Shown here: piece by piece, positions 8,406 through 16,750 of the stretch
Numbering within the stretch: position 1 is the stretch's first letter
How the letters are laid out: every line of letters starts with the position of its first letter
From: an uncultured Muribaculaceae bacterium
GTDB taxonomy: Bacteria; Pseudomonadota; Alphaproteobacteria; Rs-D84
Length of the DNA: 32,000 nucleotides
Assembly: GCA_965231035.1 (NCBI GenBank)
Contig: OZ246409.1
Location: 511,101-543,100, forward strand
Direction of reading: 5' to 3'
Notes under the pieces: generated by a model
Seen by the model: only the letters and a program-made list of their open reading frames with translations
What the model was told of the DNA's origin: nothing
The model's database searches: none
Position numbers and translations under genes: made by a program

Positions 8406-10384
8406 TGAAGTTCAGCAAGAAAATTTTAGAAACCTTCATTAATCTGCCAAAAGATTGGCGTGAATTGATGGAAGATGTTGGTCTGGAAATAAAATCGGTT
8501 GATGGTGATATTTTCAATTTGGAATTATTGGCCAACCGCGGTGACCATTATTGCTATTTTGGATTAACAAAAGAAATTTATGGGCGTATCGGTTCAAAAA
8601 TAAAATATGATATGAATAAAATGACCGAAAAACTTTCTGAATCTAAAAAATCAGAAAATTTATTCAAAATTGAAACTGATAAATGCTTGGCTTATTCATT
8701 GACACCATATAAATTGGAAAAACCTCAAAAAAGCCGGGAAACAAAAGATAATTATATTTTAGAAATATTACCTGCCAGCGGTGTTAATGTTATTTTAGAC
8801 ATTATTGATGTTACAAATGTTGTTATGCTGGAATATGGTCAACCTGCACACGTTTATGATGCTGACAAAATAAAAGGCAAAATACACATTCGTGATTCAA
8901 AACCGGGTGAAAAAGCAACCCTGCTCTTTCATGATGGTATGACAGAGTTGCCTGTTGGTACTTGCGTAATAGCAGATGATGAAAAAATACTTTGTGTTGC
9001 TGGTGTAATTGGTTGTCATGCGGCCGAAGCTGACGAAAACACAAAAAATATTTTGGTTGAAACAGCGCTTTTTGATCCTGTTGCAATCCGCAAAGCTTCA
9101 CGCGCAATCGGTCATACATCAATTGCTAGTCAGATTTTCGAACGCGGTGGAAATTATCAGGCAATGAAAGAAGGTGCCGCACGCGCAAAGAAATTATACG
9201 AACAAATTGGTTGGGTTCAGAACGGCGGTTATCAGATTGTTCCAGAAACAATGCCAGTAATGGTAAAAGATATAACTTTACCTGGTGACTTTGTCAGATC
9301 TGAACTGGAAATTAATATTTCTGACAGTGAAATAACAGAACGTTTGGCCAGATACGGATTTTTGAAATCAAAAACAAAAAATTCGTACTCTGTACCATCA
9401 TGGCGTGTTTGGGATATCAAAGGGTTCAAAGCGGATTTAATAGAAGAACTGGCACGTTCAATCGGATATAACAATCTGCCTAATCGATTGCCAATTGCAA
9501 CAATAGGCAGCCAACCTTCGGCATCTGAACTTCGCAAGGCTGAAATAACATCATATCTGGTAAATAATGGATTTTTTGAAGTCTTGGTGGACAATATGTA
9601 TTCACCTCGTCATGCAAAATTATCACCAGTTGCAGAACATATAAGTATTGAAAACAGCGTTGATGGCGGATATGCCTTTATGCGTAATAATGTTATTGTC
9701 CAGGCGACAGAATTGGTTTCAAAAAATCTGCGTGTTAAAAATCGTGAAATTCGTGCATTCGAATGGGGTAAAATATTCAAGAGCGGAAATGAAATAGAAA
9801 TTCTTTGGGGTGTTATGAATGGTGAAAAGTTGAATACACTGTTTGCCAAAGGTTTGCTGGAAGGTCTTTTTGCTGATTTATCATTGGATGTTAAAATCGA
9901 ATACCAAGATTTCGAAGGCAGTAACAAAGTTTCTGAATGGTCATTATTGAACCCAAAGCGTCGTGGTCATATAACATGCAATGGTCGAGGAATTTGTGTT
10001 TTTGGTGAAATTCATCCAAGTTTGCTGGCGGAATTTGATATTAAAAATGATGCACCTGTATTTTTCAGCTTTGACACTGCTGGTTTAATGAATGCAGCAA
10101 AGAAAAAAATAAAATATGAAAGCCCAAGTAGCACAATTCCAAGTACCAGGGATGTTTCTGTAACGATTCCTTATGGTGTTGCTGCGGGCAGTGTTTCGAA
10201 TTTTATCTCTGAAAGGTACAAATCAGTTGCAGATATTAAAATTACAGACGTTTTTGAAAAACCAAAAGAAAATGTTCGAAATGTAACATTTGCGCTGGAA
10301 TTTTCAGGTACAAAAAGTACCGAAGAATTAAACTCGCTAATTTTGGAAATTATGAATGTGGCAAATGATTTTGCAAAAAAATAA
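8405..10384 (+). CDS. pheT: Phenylalanine--tRNA ligase beta subunit (short form lacking the N-terminal OB-fold tRNA-binding domain)
   Basis: 659 aa. The start overlaps the pheS stop (TAATG). The MKFS... N-terminus, B3/4 region (DVTNVVMLEYGQPAHVYDADKI), B5 region and C-terminal FDX-ACB-like domain are present. The segment between roughly residues 35 and 150 of canonical PheT is absent. Confidence 0.95.
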   Translation: MKFSKKILETFINLPKDWRELMEDVGLEIKSVDGDIFNLELLANRGDHYCYFGLTKEIYGRIGSKIKYDMNKMTEKLSESKKSENLFKIETDKCLAYSLTPYKLEKPQKSRETKDNYILEILPASGVNVILDIIDVTNVVMLEYGQPAHVYDADKIKGKIHIRDSKPGEKATLLFHDGMTELPVGTCVIADDEKILCVAGVIGCHAAEADENTKNILVETALFDPVAIRKASRAIGHTSIASQIFERGGNYQAMKEGAARAKKLYEQIGWVQNGGYQIVPETMPVMVKDITLPGDFVRSELEINISDSEITERLARYGFLKSKTKNSYSVPSWRVWDIKGFKADLIEELARSIGYNNLPNRLPIATIGSQPSASELRKAEITSYLVNNGFFEVLVDNMYSPRHAKLSPVAEHISIENSVDGGYAFMRNNVIVQATELVSKNLRVKNREIRAFEWGKIFKSGNEIEILWGVMNGEKLNTLFAKGLLEGLFADLSLDVKIEYQDFEGSNKVSEWSLLNPKRRGHITCNGRGICVFGEIHPSLLAEFDIKNDAPVFFSFDTAGLMNAAKKKIKYESPSSTIPSTRDVSVTIPYGVAAGSVSNFISERYKSVADIKITDVFEKPKENVRNVTFALEFSGTKSTEELNSLILEIMNVANDFAKK

Positions 10385-10409
10385 AAACCCGGTCATTTGA
10401 CCGGTTTTT
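10385..10409. terminator. Bidirectional intrinsic terminator between convergent pheT and nth
   Basis: AAAAA-CCCGGTCA-TT-TGACCGG-TTTTT: a perfect inverted repeat flanked by an A-run and a T-run. It overlaps the last bases of the nth ORF. Confidence 0.7.
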
Positions 10410-11085
10410 AAATATTCTTATCTTTGGCGTTGCACCATTTTGAAACTGGGCATTCTGCACATTTTGGTTTTAATGCCCGACAAATATAGCGGCCATGCAG
10501 AACCATAACATGATTTGCCATTCCATGATATTTTTCTGGAATCAATTTCATCAGTTTTGCTTCAACTTTTTCCGGTGTATTGTCAGATTCATCTGCCCAA
10601 CCATAACGATGCGCATTTCTGAACACATGGGTATCCACTCCAATGTGTGGTGCACCCCATAAAACATTCATAATAACGTTTGCTGTTTTTTGACCGATAC
10701 CAGGTAATTTTACCAATTCGTCACGATTGTGAAATTCAATTGGAAATTTCCAATTCTGATCATATTGCTTTGATTCATCAGATAGTTTTTCGGAAAGATT
10801 GATAATACTTTTTGCCTTGTTATTAAAGAATGAAATAACTTTGATATGTTCTTTTAATCCCTTTTCACCCAGTTCCAGCATTTTTTCTGGAGTATCTGCA
10901 ATTTCAAAAAGTTTTGGTGTTACTTCGTTTACTTTTTTATCAGTTGCTTGTGCGGACAATATTACAGCCACAGCAAAAGTAAATTCATTAACAAAATACA
11001 ATTCACTGCGGATTGACATATCAATCACGCTAGGAACGTTTTGAAAATAAATTTCCGGTGTTAAAGATATTTCTTTTCCTAGCAT
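10408..11085 (-). CDS. nth: Endonuclease III (DNA glycosylase/AP lyase)
   Basis: 225 aa with HhH-GPD (LPGIGQKTANVIMN, VDTHV.R) and a C-terminal 4Fe-4S cluster loop C-x6-C-x2-C-x5-C (CRALKPKCAECPVSKWC). Confidence 0.93.
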   Translation of the reverse strand: MLGKEISLTPEIYFQNVPSVIDMSIRSELYFVNEFTFAVAVILSAQATDKKVNEVTPKLFEIADTPEKMLELGEKGLKEHIKVISFFNNKAKSIINLSEKLSDESKQYDQNWKFPIEFHNRDELVKLPGIGQKTANVIMNVLWGAPHIGVDTHVFRNAHRYGWADESDNTPEKVEAKLMKLIPEKYHGMANHVMVLHGRYICRALKPKCAECPVSKWCNAKDKNI

Positions 11086-11086
11086 A

Positions 11087-14000
11087 TTATTTTGATTTTT
11101 TGATTTTTATACCAAATTTATGACCTTCGATTTCGGTTTTGTGTTCACTTGTACCCTGCTTCATTTCAACAATCAGTGCATCAGACATTATTCTGGTACG
11201 ATGGTTTTTCAGCGCGGCGGACAATTCTGAATCTGCTTCATATTCTAAAACTATACGATCAGAAACATCCAGACTAACAGTTTTTCGGGTGTCTTGGATA
11301 AAGCGTAAAGCTTCGTTTGCCAAACCTTCGGCAACTAATTCAGGTGTTAATTCGGTATCCAAAACCACCACCGCGGTATTGTCCGGCAGTGTTGCACCCG
11401 TTATGCCATCTTTGACATTCAGACGCATTTCGAATTCATCAGAATTCAAAGCATATTCACCAACAATCAATTTATCGCCGGATACTTTGTATTTGCCCTG
11501 TTTTATAGCTGGCAAGATTTCTTTCAATGCAGAACCCAAACGTGCACCGATTTTTGGAGTGATTGGGAATATAAATGAATCTGCAAAATCATTTATTACA
11601 TCTGAAAATTCAACATGTTTTACATTAAGTTCATTTTCTATTAACCCTGCAAAATTTTGTATCGGTACAGGATTTCCATTTTTGCTAACAGAAGATGTTG
11701 CAAGTGCAATAATTGCTTTTTTAAGTGGTAAGCGATTACGAAGCTTAAATTGTTCTCGCAACTGTTTTCCAGTTGAAACAATTAATTGAACTTTGCGCAT
11801 AGATATTAATAAATTATTGTTGTGTTTGTTTTTGACTTCTGGAAAGTTTTCTAAATGAACACTTTCTTTATTAGTCAGACTTTTATAAATGTGGTCACTT
11901 ACAAAAGGTGCCAAAGGAGCAATAATTTTACATAAATTCATCAGTACTGTAAATAAAGTGTCAAATGCGTCCTGATTTTCATTCCAAAATCTTTCTCGGT
12001 TCAACCTAATATACCAGTTGTTTAATATATCTAAGAATTTTATTAATTCTTTAATAGCAATATCTGGCTTATATTCGTCGAAAGATTCTTTAAACACGGC
12101 AATTAATTCATTTAATTCTTGCAGCACATATTCATCAGATATGTTTTTATGAATACCATATTTTTCTTTTGCGGTTATATTTCCCGCGTTCGCATAAAGT
12201 GTAAAGAAATGGTATGCATTCCAAAGTGGCGTCAGGATGTTTTTTACAGTTTCTGCAAAAACTTTACCTTCTTTATCAATTGGAACTGGTTCTGCTTTTA
12301 AGAAATTGCTGCCCAATATATATAAACGAACAGCATCAGCACCATATGTGTCCAAAATTGAAGAAGGATCAACATAATTTCCAACTGACTTTGACATTTT
12401 CTTTTTATGTTCGTCAACGCTTAATCCATTGGCAGAAATTGTCGAAAAAGCCGGTCTATTGAACAAAGCGGTAGATAAAACCATCAATGTATAAAACCAA
12501 CCACGGGTTTGATCTTGGCCTTCGACTATGTAATCTGACATATAATTTTTATCATCAACCAATTCTTTGTTTTCAAATGGGTAATGCATATATGCAAAAG
12601 GCACAGCACCCGATTCAAACCAACAATCTAATACGTCAGGAATGCGTTTCCATCCATCTTTTTCAAGTTTATCCAATGTAGGACGATGCAGGTCTTTGAT
12701 TTCAACCCCAAAAAAGTCCTGCATTTCAGAAATACTGCCAAAAACTTTGTATTCGCCGGATTTGTTCATCCAGATTGGTAATGGAACACCCCAGAATCGA
12801 TTTCTGGATATTCCCCATGGGCGAGCATTTTCTATCCAGGCTTCGAATCTGTTACCTGCAGACTTCCAATCTACTTTCTTATTATTAGCAATCAGGTTAT
12901 CGCGTATTTTTGGAACATCAATATACCATGCTTCGGTCGCACGATAGATTAATTTCCGTTTACTACGCGGACTGAAAGGATAACTGTGTTTATGGGACTC
13001 TTTTTTAACCAAATGACCGGTTTTTTTAAGATTTTCGATAATCTTTGGATTTGCCATAAAAATGTTTTCACCTGCCCAATCAGTTACTTCGTTTGTAAAG
13101 TTTCCATAATCATCAACATTTACAATAACTGGGAATTTTGGATCCAGTGCTTTGGCGGCCAAATAATCTTCTTCACCAAAAGCTGGTGCGATATGAACGA
13201 TACCAGTACCATCTGAATCAGATACATAATCAGCAGATATAACCTGGTATAACTTTTCATCACTATAATAATTGAATAATGGTTTGTATTTTAATCCAAC
13301 CAGCTGATTTCCTTGCATTTCTGATACTTTTTCAGCTTTTTCAAACTGTTTTTCATATACAGACAATCTGGATTCTGCAATTATATACTCAGAATCATCA
13401 GAATCACGCATAACAACATATTTCATATTTGGATTTACAGCCAAAGCAGAATTAGCAGGTAATGTCCAAGGTGTTGTTGTCCATGCCAACAGACGACGAC
13501 CATCTTCCAATTCAAACCAGATGGTTACAGAATCATCAACTATATCCTGATATTCGCTGGATGCTTCGGAATTCGAGACCACTGTGCCCAAAGCCCAATC
13601 AAAAGGATTAACCTTGAAATCGCGATACAATAATCCATCGTCGTATAATTTTTTAAGTGCCCAAATTACTGATTCCATAAATTCAGGATACATTGTGTTA
13701 TAAACAATATCACCTTGGCCTATATCAACCCAACGACCAAGTCGATTTAAATATATACCCCATTCATTAACATATTTCATAACACCATCACGACACATAT
13801 CGCAAAATTTTTCGATACCAAATTCTGCAACCAAGTCTTTGGATTGTTTTCCAGTTGCCTTTTCGACCATAACCTCGGTTGGCAGTCCGTGAACATCCCA
13901 CCCCAGTTTATGAACCACGTTTTTGCCCAACATGTTTTGATAGCGGCAGACCATGTCTTTGGCCGCAGACACGCCTAAATGCCCCAGGTGTGGCAGGGCA

Positions 14001-14155
14001 GACGGTGTAATTGGGCCGTCAAAGAACCGGAACATATTGCCGTCTCTGTTCTTATCTTTAACCCTTTTAAAAGTATTATCAGACTTCCAAAACTCTGAAA
14101 CTTGTTTTTCCAATTCTGGAAAATTTGCACGCGCATCTGTCTTTGGGTATGCCAT
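11087..14155 (-). CDS. ileS: Isoleucine--tRNA ligase, type 2 (eukaryote-like)
   Basis: 1022 aa. The N-terminus FPELEKQVSEFW...FFDGPITPSALPHLGH resembles the eukaryotic/type 2 FYDGPPFATGLPHYGH rather than the E. coli type. KMSKS is present (KKKMSKSVGN). The start follows AAGG, and the gene ends 1 nt before nth. Confidence 0.96.
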   Translation of the reverse strand: MAYPKTDARANFPELEKQVSEFWKSDNTFKRVKDKNRDGNMFRFFDGPITPSALPHLGHLGVSAAKDMVCRYQNMLGKNVVHKLGWDVHGLPTEVMVEKATGKQSKDLVAEFGIEKFCDMCRDGVMKYVNEWGIYLNRLGRWVDIGQGDIVYNTMYPEFMESVIWALKKLYDDGLLYRDFKVNPFDWALGTVVSNSEASSEYQDIVDDSVTIWFELEDGRRLLAWTTTPWTLPANSALAVNPNMKYVVMRDSDDSEYIIAESRLSVYEKQFEKAEKVSEMQGNQLVGLKYKPLFNYYSDEKLYQVISADYVSDSDGTGIVHIAPAFGEEDYLAAKALDPKFPVIVNVDDYGNFTNEVTDWAGENIFMANPKIIENLKKTGHLVKKESHKHSYPFSPRSKRKLIYRATEAWYIDVPKIRDNLIANNKKVDWKSAGNRFEAWIENARPWGISRNRFWGVPLPIWMNKSGEYKVFGSISEMQDFFGVEIKDLHRPTLDKLEKDGWKRIPDVLDCWFESGAVPFAYMHYPFENKELVDDKNYMSDYIVEGQDQTRGWFYTLMVLSTALFNRPAFSTISANGLSVDEHKKKMSKSVGNYVDPSSILDTYGADAVRLYILGSNFLKAEPVPIDKEGKVFAETVKNILTPLWNAYHFFTLYANAGNITAKEKYGIHKNISDEYVLQELNELIAVFKESFDEYKPDIAIKELIKFLDILNNWYIRLNRERFWNENQDAFDTLFTVLMNLCKIIAPLAPFVSDHIYKSLTNKESVHLENFPEVKNKHNNNLLISMRKVQLIVSTGKQLREQFKLRNRLPLKKAIIALATSSVSKNGNPVPIQNFAGLIENELNVKHVEFSDVINDFADSFIFPITPKIGARLGSALKEILPAIKQGKYKVSGDKLIVGEYALNSDEFEMRLNVKDGITGATLPDNTAVVVLDTELTPELVAEGLANEALRFIQDTRKTVSLDVSDRIVLEYEADSELSAALKNHRTRIMSDALIVEMKQGTSEHKTEIEGHKFGIKIKKSK

Positions 14156-14186
14156 TTAATTTAACCTTTTATATTTTTTTAAACAT

Positions 14187-14228
14187 AAAAAAAGAACGCC
14201 TATGCGTCCCAGCTATCGCGAAGACGCA
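14187..14228 (-). promoter_or_regulatory. ileS 5' leader: two mutually exclusive hairpins, the downstream one followed by U7 (possible attenuator)
   Basis: On the minus-strand RNA, UGCGUC (14228-14223) pairs with GACGCA (14208-14203). GACGC (14208-14204) can alternatively pair with GCGUU (14199-14195), and that hairpin is followed by C+U7 (14194-14187). The stems are short. Confidence 0.3.
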
Positions 14229-14297
14229 ATAAGCTTTTATCCTATAATAATTATGTTTTTTGTTGTCATGCGACTATTTATACAATTAATTCATTTA

Positions 14298-14319
14298 AAA
14301 ATCAAGTTTTATTGATTTT
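14298..14319 (-). terminator. AT-rich hairpin immediately 3' of tRNA-Thr (weak terminator or processing signal)
   Basis: AAAATCAA-6 nt-TTGATTTT perfect 8-bp inverted repeat. It is all A/T except one pair, so stability is low. Confidence 0.3.
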
Positions 14320-14321
14320 AA

Positions 14322-14397
14322 TGGTGCCGGAGATAGGATTCGAACCTACGACCCCCTCATTACGAATGAGATGCTCTACCAACTGAGCTACACCGGC
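14322..14397 (-). tRNA. tRNA-Thr (anticodon CGU), CCA encoded
   Basis: The reverse complement GCCGGTGTAGCTCAGTTGGTAGAGCATCTCATTCGTAATGAGGGGGTCGTAGGTTCGAATCCTATCTCCGGCACCA folds by hand into a cloverleaf. It has D-arm GCTC/GAGC, anticodon stem TCTCA/TGAGG with loop TTCGTAA, and T-arm GTAGG-TTCGAAT-CCTAT. There is one U:U mismatch at position 6:67 in the acceptor stem. Confidence 0.9.
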
Positions 14398-14406
14398 GTT
14401 TCCGAG

Positions 14407-14435
14407 AGTATAACTGAATGTTTTTCAGAATACAA
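14407..14435 (-). promoter_or_regulatory. Candidate sigma70-type promoter for tRNA-Thr
   Basis: On the minus strand, TTGTAT-17 nt-TATACT, with the -10 element ending about 9 nt before the mature tRNA 5' end. The -35 element is weak. Confidence 0.3.
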
Positions 14436-14454
14436 GCCTGTTAAACCAAGGTAT

Positions 14455-15084
14455 TTATTTTTTTAACAGCTTCATCTTTTTACATTTTTCCATATTTTTC
14501 ATAGATAAATCAAAAAGCAGATTTTCAATATCACCAATTATTTTTTCATTTGTCATTTTTAAGAACTTATGCTCTTTTTTTCCTTCAATTCTTTCCTTGT
14601 ACCCAGGTTTTTCGTAATAATCATCACAAAAATCAACCTCTTTGTTTGCGTGCAGGTCAGATTCTTGCTTATCAAGTGCACAAACAATCTTGGATTCAAT
14701 AGTTTCTTGGGCTTCGTATTCTATAAATAATTCATAAATTCTATTGCCAAGTGGGTCTGGTAAAAGTTTACGGTATTTATCAATTGCTTGTTTTTCAGCT
14801 TTTATCTTTTCTTTGCGAATTTCTGGGTTGGATATTTGATCAATCACATTAAAATCCCCGGTTTCGGCCTCTACCAAATCGTGAACCAAGGCCATTTCCA
14901 GTAATTTTTTCTTGTTCACAGGTTGTTTTATATATTCTGAAACCATCATTACCAGAAAACATAAACGCATAATATGATCACTGTCGTTTTCGTTGCTTCC
15001 ATCGTTGCGTTTGGCTTTTCTTTTCACATAGCAAAGCTTTTCAACGGTATCCATAAATTCAACAATTTTCAAAGCATCGTTCAT
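14455..15084 (-). CDS. HD-domain phosphohydrolase (YfbR/HDDC2-like 5'-nucleotidase family)
   Basis: 209 aa with the H...HD...D metal-binding pattern (SDHIMRL, VHDLVEAETGD, ALDKQESD) in the order and spacing of the HD_3 family. Substrate is unknown. Confidence 0.75.
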   Translation of the reverse strand: MNDALKIVEFMDTVEKLCYVKRKAKRNDGSNENDSDHIMRLCFLVMMVSEYIKQPVNKKKLLEMALVHDLVEAETGDFNVIDQISNPEIRKEKIKAEKQAIDKYRKLLPDPLGNRIYELFIEYEAQETIESKIVCALDKQESDLHANKEVDFCDDYYEKPGYKERIEGKKEHKFLKMTNEKIIGDIENLLFDLSMKNMEKCKKMKLLKK

Positions 15085-15097
15085 TTTATGATCCTTT

Positions 15098-16747
15098 TTA
15101 TTTACAGGATTTTATTTTTCGCAAAACAACCATAATTCCGGCGGGTGTCATACCGGGAATTCGTGATAAATCTGCAATGTTTTCCGGTCGTGTACGGCTC
15201 AGTTTTTGAATCAATTCGTTGGTCAGACCGGATAATCCAGTAAAATCAAACTTGGTTGGAATTTTAAGATTCGCATCGCGTTTATAACTTTCAATTTCGC
15301 GCATATTTCTGGCAATATAACCGGCATAGAATTTATTATTTTCTGCGATTTGATTTTTAAGCAGTGAATATTTTTCCCGATATTGTGATTCTGAAATAAG
15401 ATTTAAACGAACCCCGATTTTACCCAATCGTGAAATCGCATTGTCTGAACGAAGCGAAAGCCTGAACTCGGCACGGCTTGTAAACATACGATACGGTTCA
15501 TCCACACCCAATGTTGTTATATCATCAATCAAAACGCCGATCATTGAATTTGTTCTGTCCAGATTCAATGTTTCTGTACCCAATGCGTTTGCAGCCGCGT
15601 TTGCACCTGCGACCAACCCTTGGGCTGCGGCTTCTTCGTATCCGGAAGTTCCATTGATTTGTCCGGCAAAGAAAAGTCCAGGGATATCCTTGGATTCCAA
15701 GGTTGCATACAAATCACGTGCATCAATGGCATCGTATTCAATTGCGTATCCGTATCGTGCAATTTTTGCATTTTCAAGACCAGGAATCATACGAATCCAT
15801 TTGTCTTGTAAATCTGTTCCAAAGCTGGTTGAAATACCATTTGGATAAATTAAATCACTGTCTAGTCCTTCGGGTTCCAGGAAAACATGATGTGTTTTAT
15901 GTTCTGGAAATCGCATAACTTTATCTTCCAAAGATGGGCAATACCTGGGACCTGTTCCACGAATATCGCCATTATACATTGGTGCATTTTTTATGTTTTT
16001 ACGAATAAATTCATGTGTTGATTCGTTTGTGTGGGTTATAAAACAAGAAATCTGTTCAACTTCTTTTTTAATTGGTTTTGAAAACCATTCATGTGGCATA
16101 TCGCCAGGTTGCGGTTCGCAAACATCAAAATTTATAGAATTGCAGTGAATTCTGGCGGGTGTTCCGGTTTTAAGTCTTAATAGTGAAAAACCGGCTTTTT
16201 TTAATATTTTTGATATGTTCTTATCTGATTCCTGGTATTTTCCATCATCTTGCAAACGGCCAGATTCTATTTTTTCATCACCCCTGTGAACTAATCCGCC
16301 AAGAAAAGTCCCAGTTGTTAAAATAATAGATTTTGCAGAATATTTTTTATTAATAATCTTGTTTTTCAAATCCAAATCATCAACAGATTCAAAAATTATT
16401 TTCAAATATTTATATCCAGATAAAATAGATTTAACTGCTGCGTGATAAAGTTTTCTATCAATTTGAGCACGTAATGCCTGGGTTGCAGCACCATGAGAGG
16501 CATTAAGCATTCGCCAATGTATTCCAGACGAATCGGCTGCAACCGGCATCACGCCACCCAAAGCGTCAATTTCTGCAACCATTTGTGATTTACCGGGTCC
16601 GCCAATACTGGGATTACAAGACATAGCACCCAAATCAGATTCTGATTTTGTAAATAATGCAACTGTTGCACCACGACGAGCCGCAGCCGCTGCGGCTTCG
16701 ACCCCAGCATGCCCACCGCCAATAACAATTACATCAAATTCGTTCAT
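15098..16747 (-). CDS. mnmG: tRNA uridine 5-carboxymethylaminomethyl modification enzyme MnmG (GidA), short form
   Basis: 549 aa with FAD-binding DVIVIGGGHAGVEAA, SCNPSIGG, GPRYCPSLEDK, GQINGTSGYEEAAAQG, and a C-terminal LSRIPGMTPAGI. It is about 80 aa shorter than E. coli MnmG, mostly within the C-terminal helical domain. Confidence 0.93.
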   Translation of the reverse strand: MNEFDVIVIGGGHAGVEAAAAAARRGATVALFTKSESDLGAMSCNPSIGGPGKSQMVAEIDALGGVMPVAADSSGIHWRMLNASHGAATQALRAQIDRKLYHAAVKSILSGYKYLKIIFESVDDLDLKNKIINKKYSAKSIILTTGTFLGGLVHRGDEKIESGRLQDDGKYQESDKNISKILKKAGFSLLRLKTGTPARIHCNSINFDVCEPQPGDMPHEWFSKPIKKEVEQISCFITHTNESTHEFIRKNIKNAPMYNGDIRGTGPRYCPSLEDKVMRFPEHKTHHVFLEPEGLDSDLIYPNGISTSFGTDLQDKWIRMIPGLENAKIARYGYAIEYDAIDARDLYATLESKDIPGLFFAGQINGTSGYEEAAAQGLVAGANAAANALGTETLNLDRTNSMIGVLIDDITTLGVDEPYRMFTSRAEFRLSLRSDNAISRLGKIGVRLNLISESQYREKYSLLKNQIAENNKFYAGYIARNMREIESYKRDANLKIPTKFDFTGLSGLTNELIQKLSRTRPENIADLSRIPGMTPAGIMVVLRKIKSCK

Positions 16748-16750
16748 TAG

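Noticed and set aside
11139-11789. Long antisense ORFs inside well-supported genes. Examples are the 216-aa ORF on + opposite ileS, 15441-15848 opposite mnmG, 17091-17501 opposite fabG, 2917-3489 in another frame of rodA, 3611-4015 opposite mrdA, and 27680-28021 opposite parB.
   Set aside because: Each is wholly contained in a gene that has unmistakable conserved motifs on the other strand or frame. Their sequences are low-complexity (S/F/I/L/C-rich) with no recognisable motifs. These are the shadow ORFs expected in AT-rich coding DNA.
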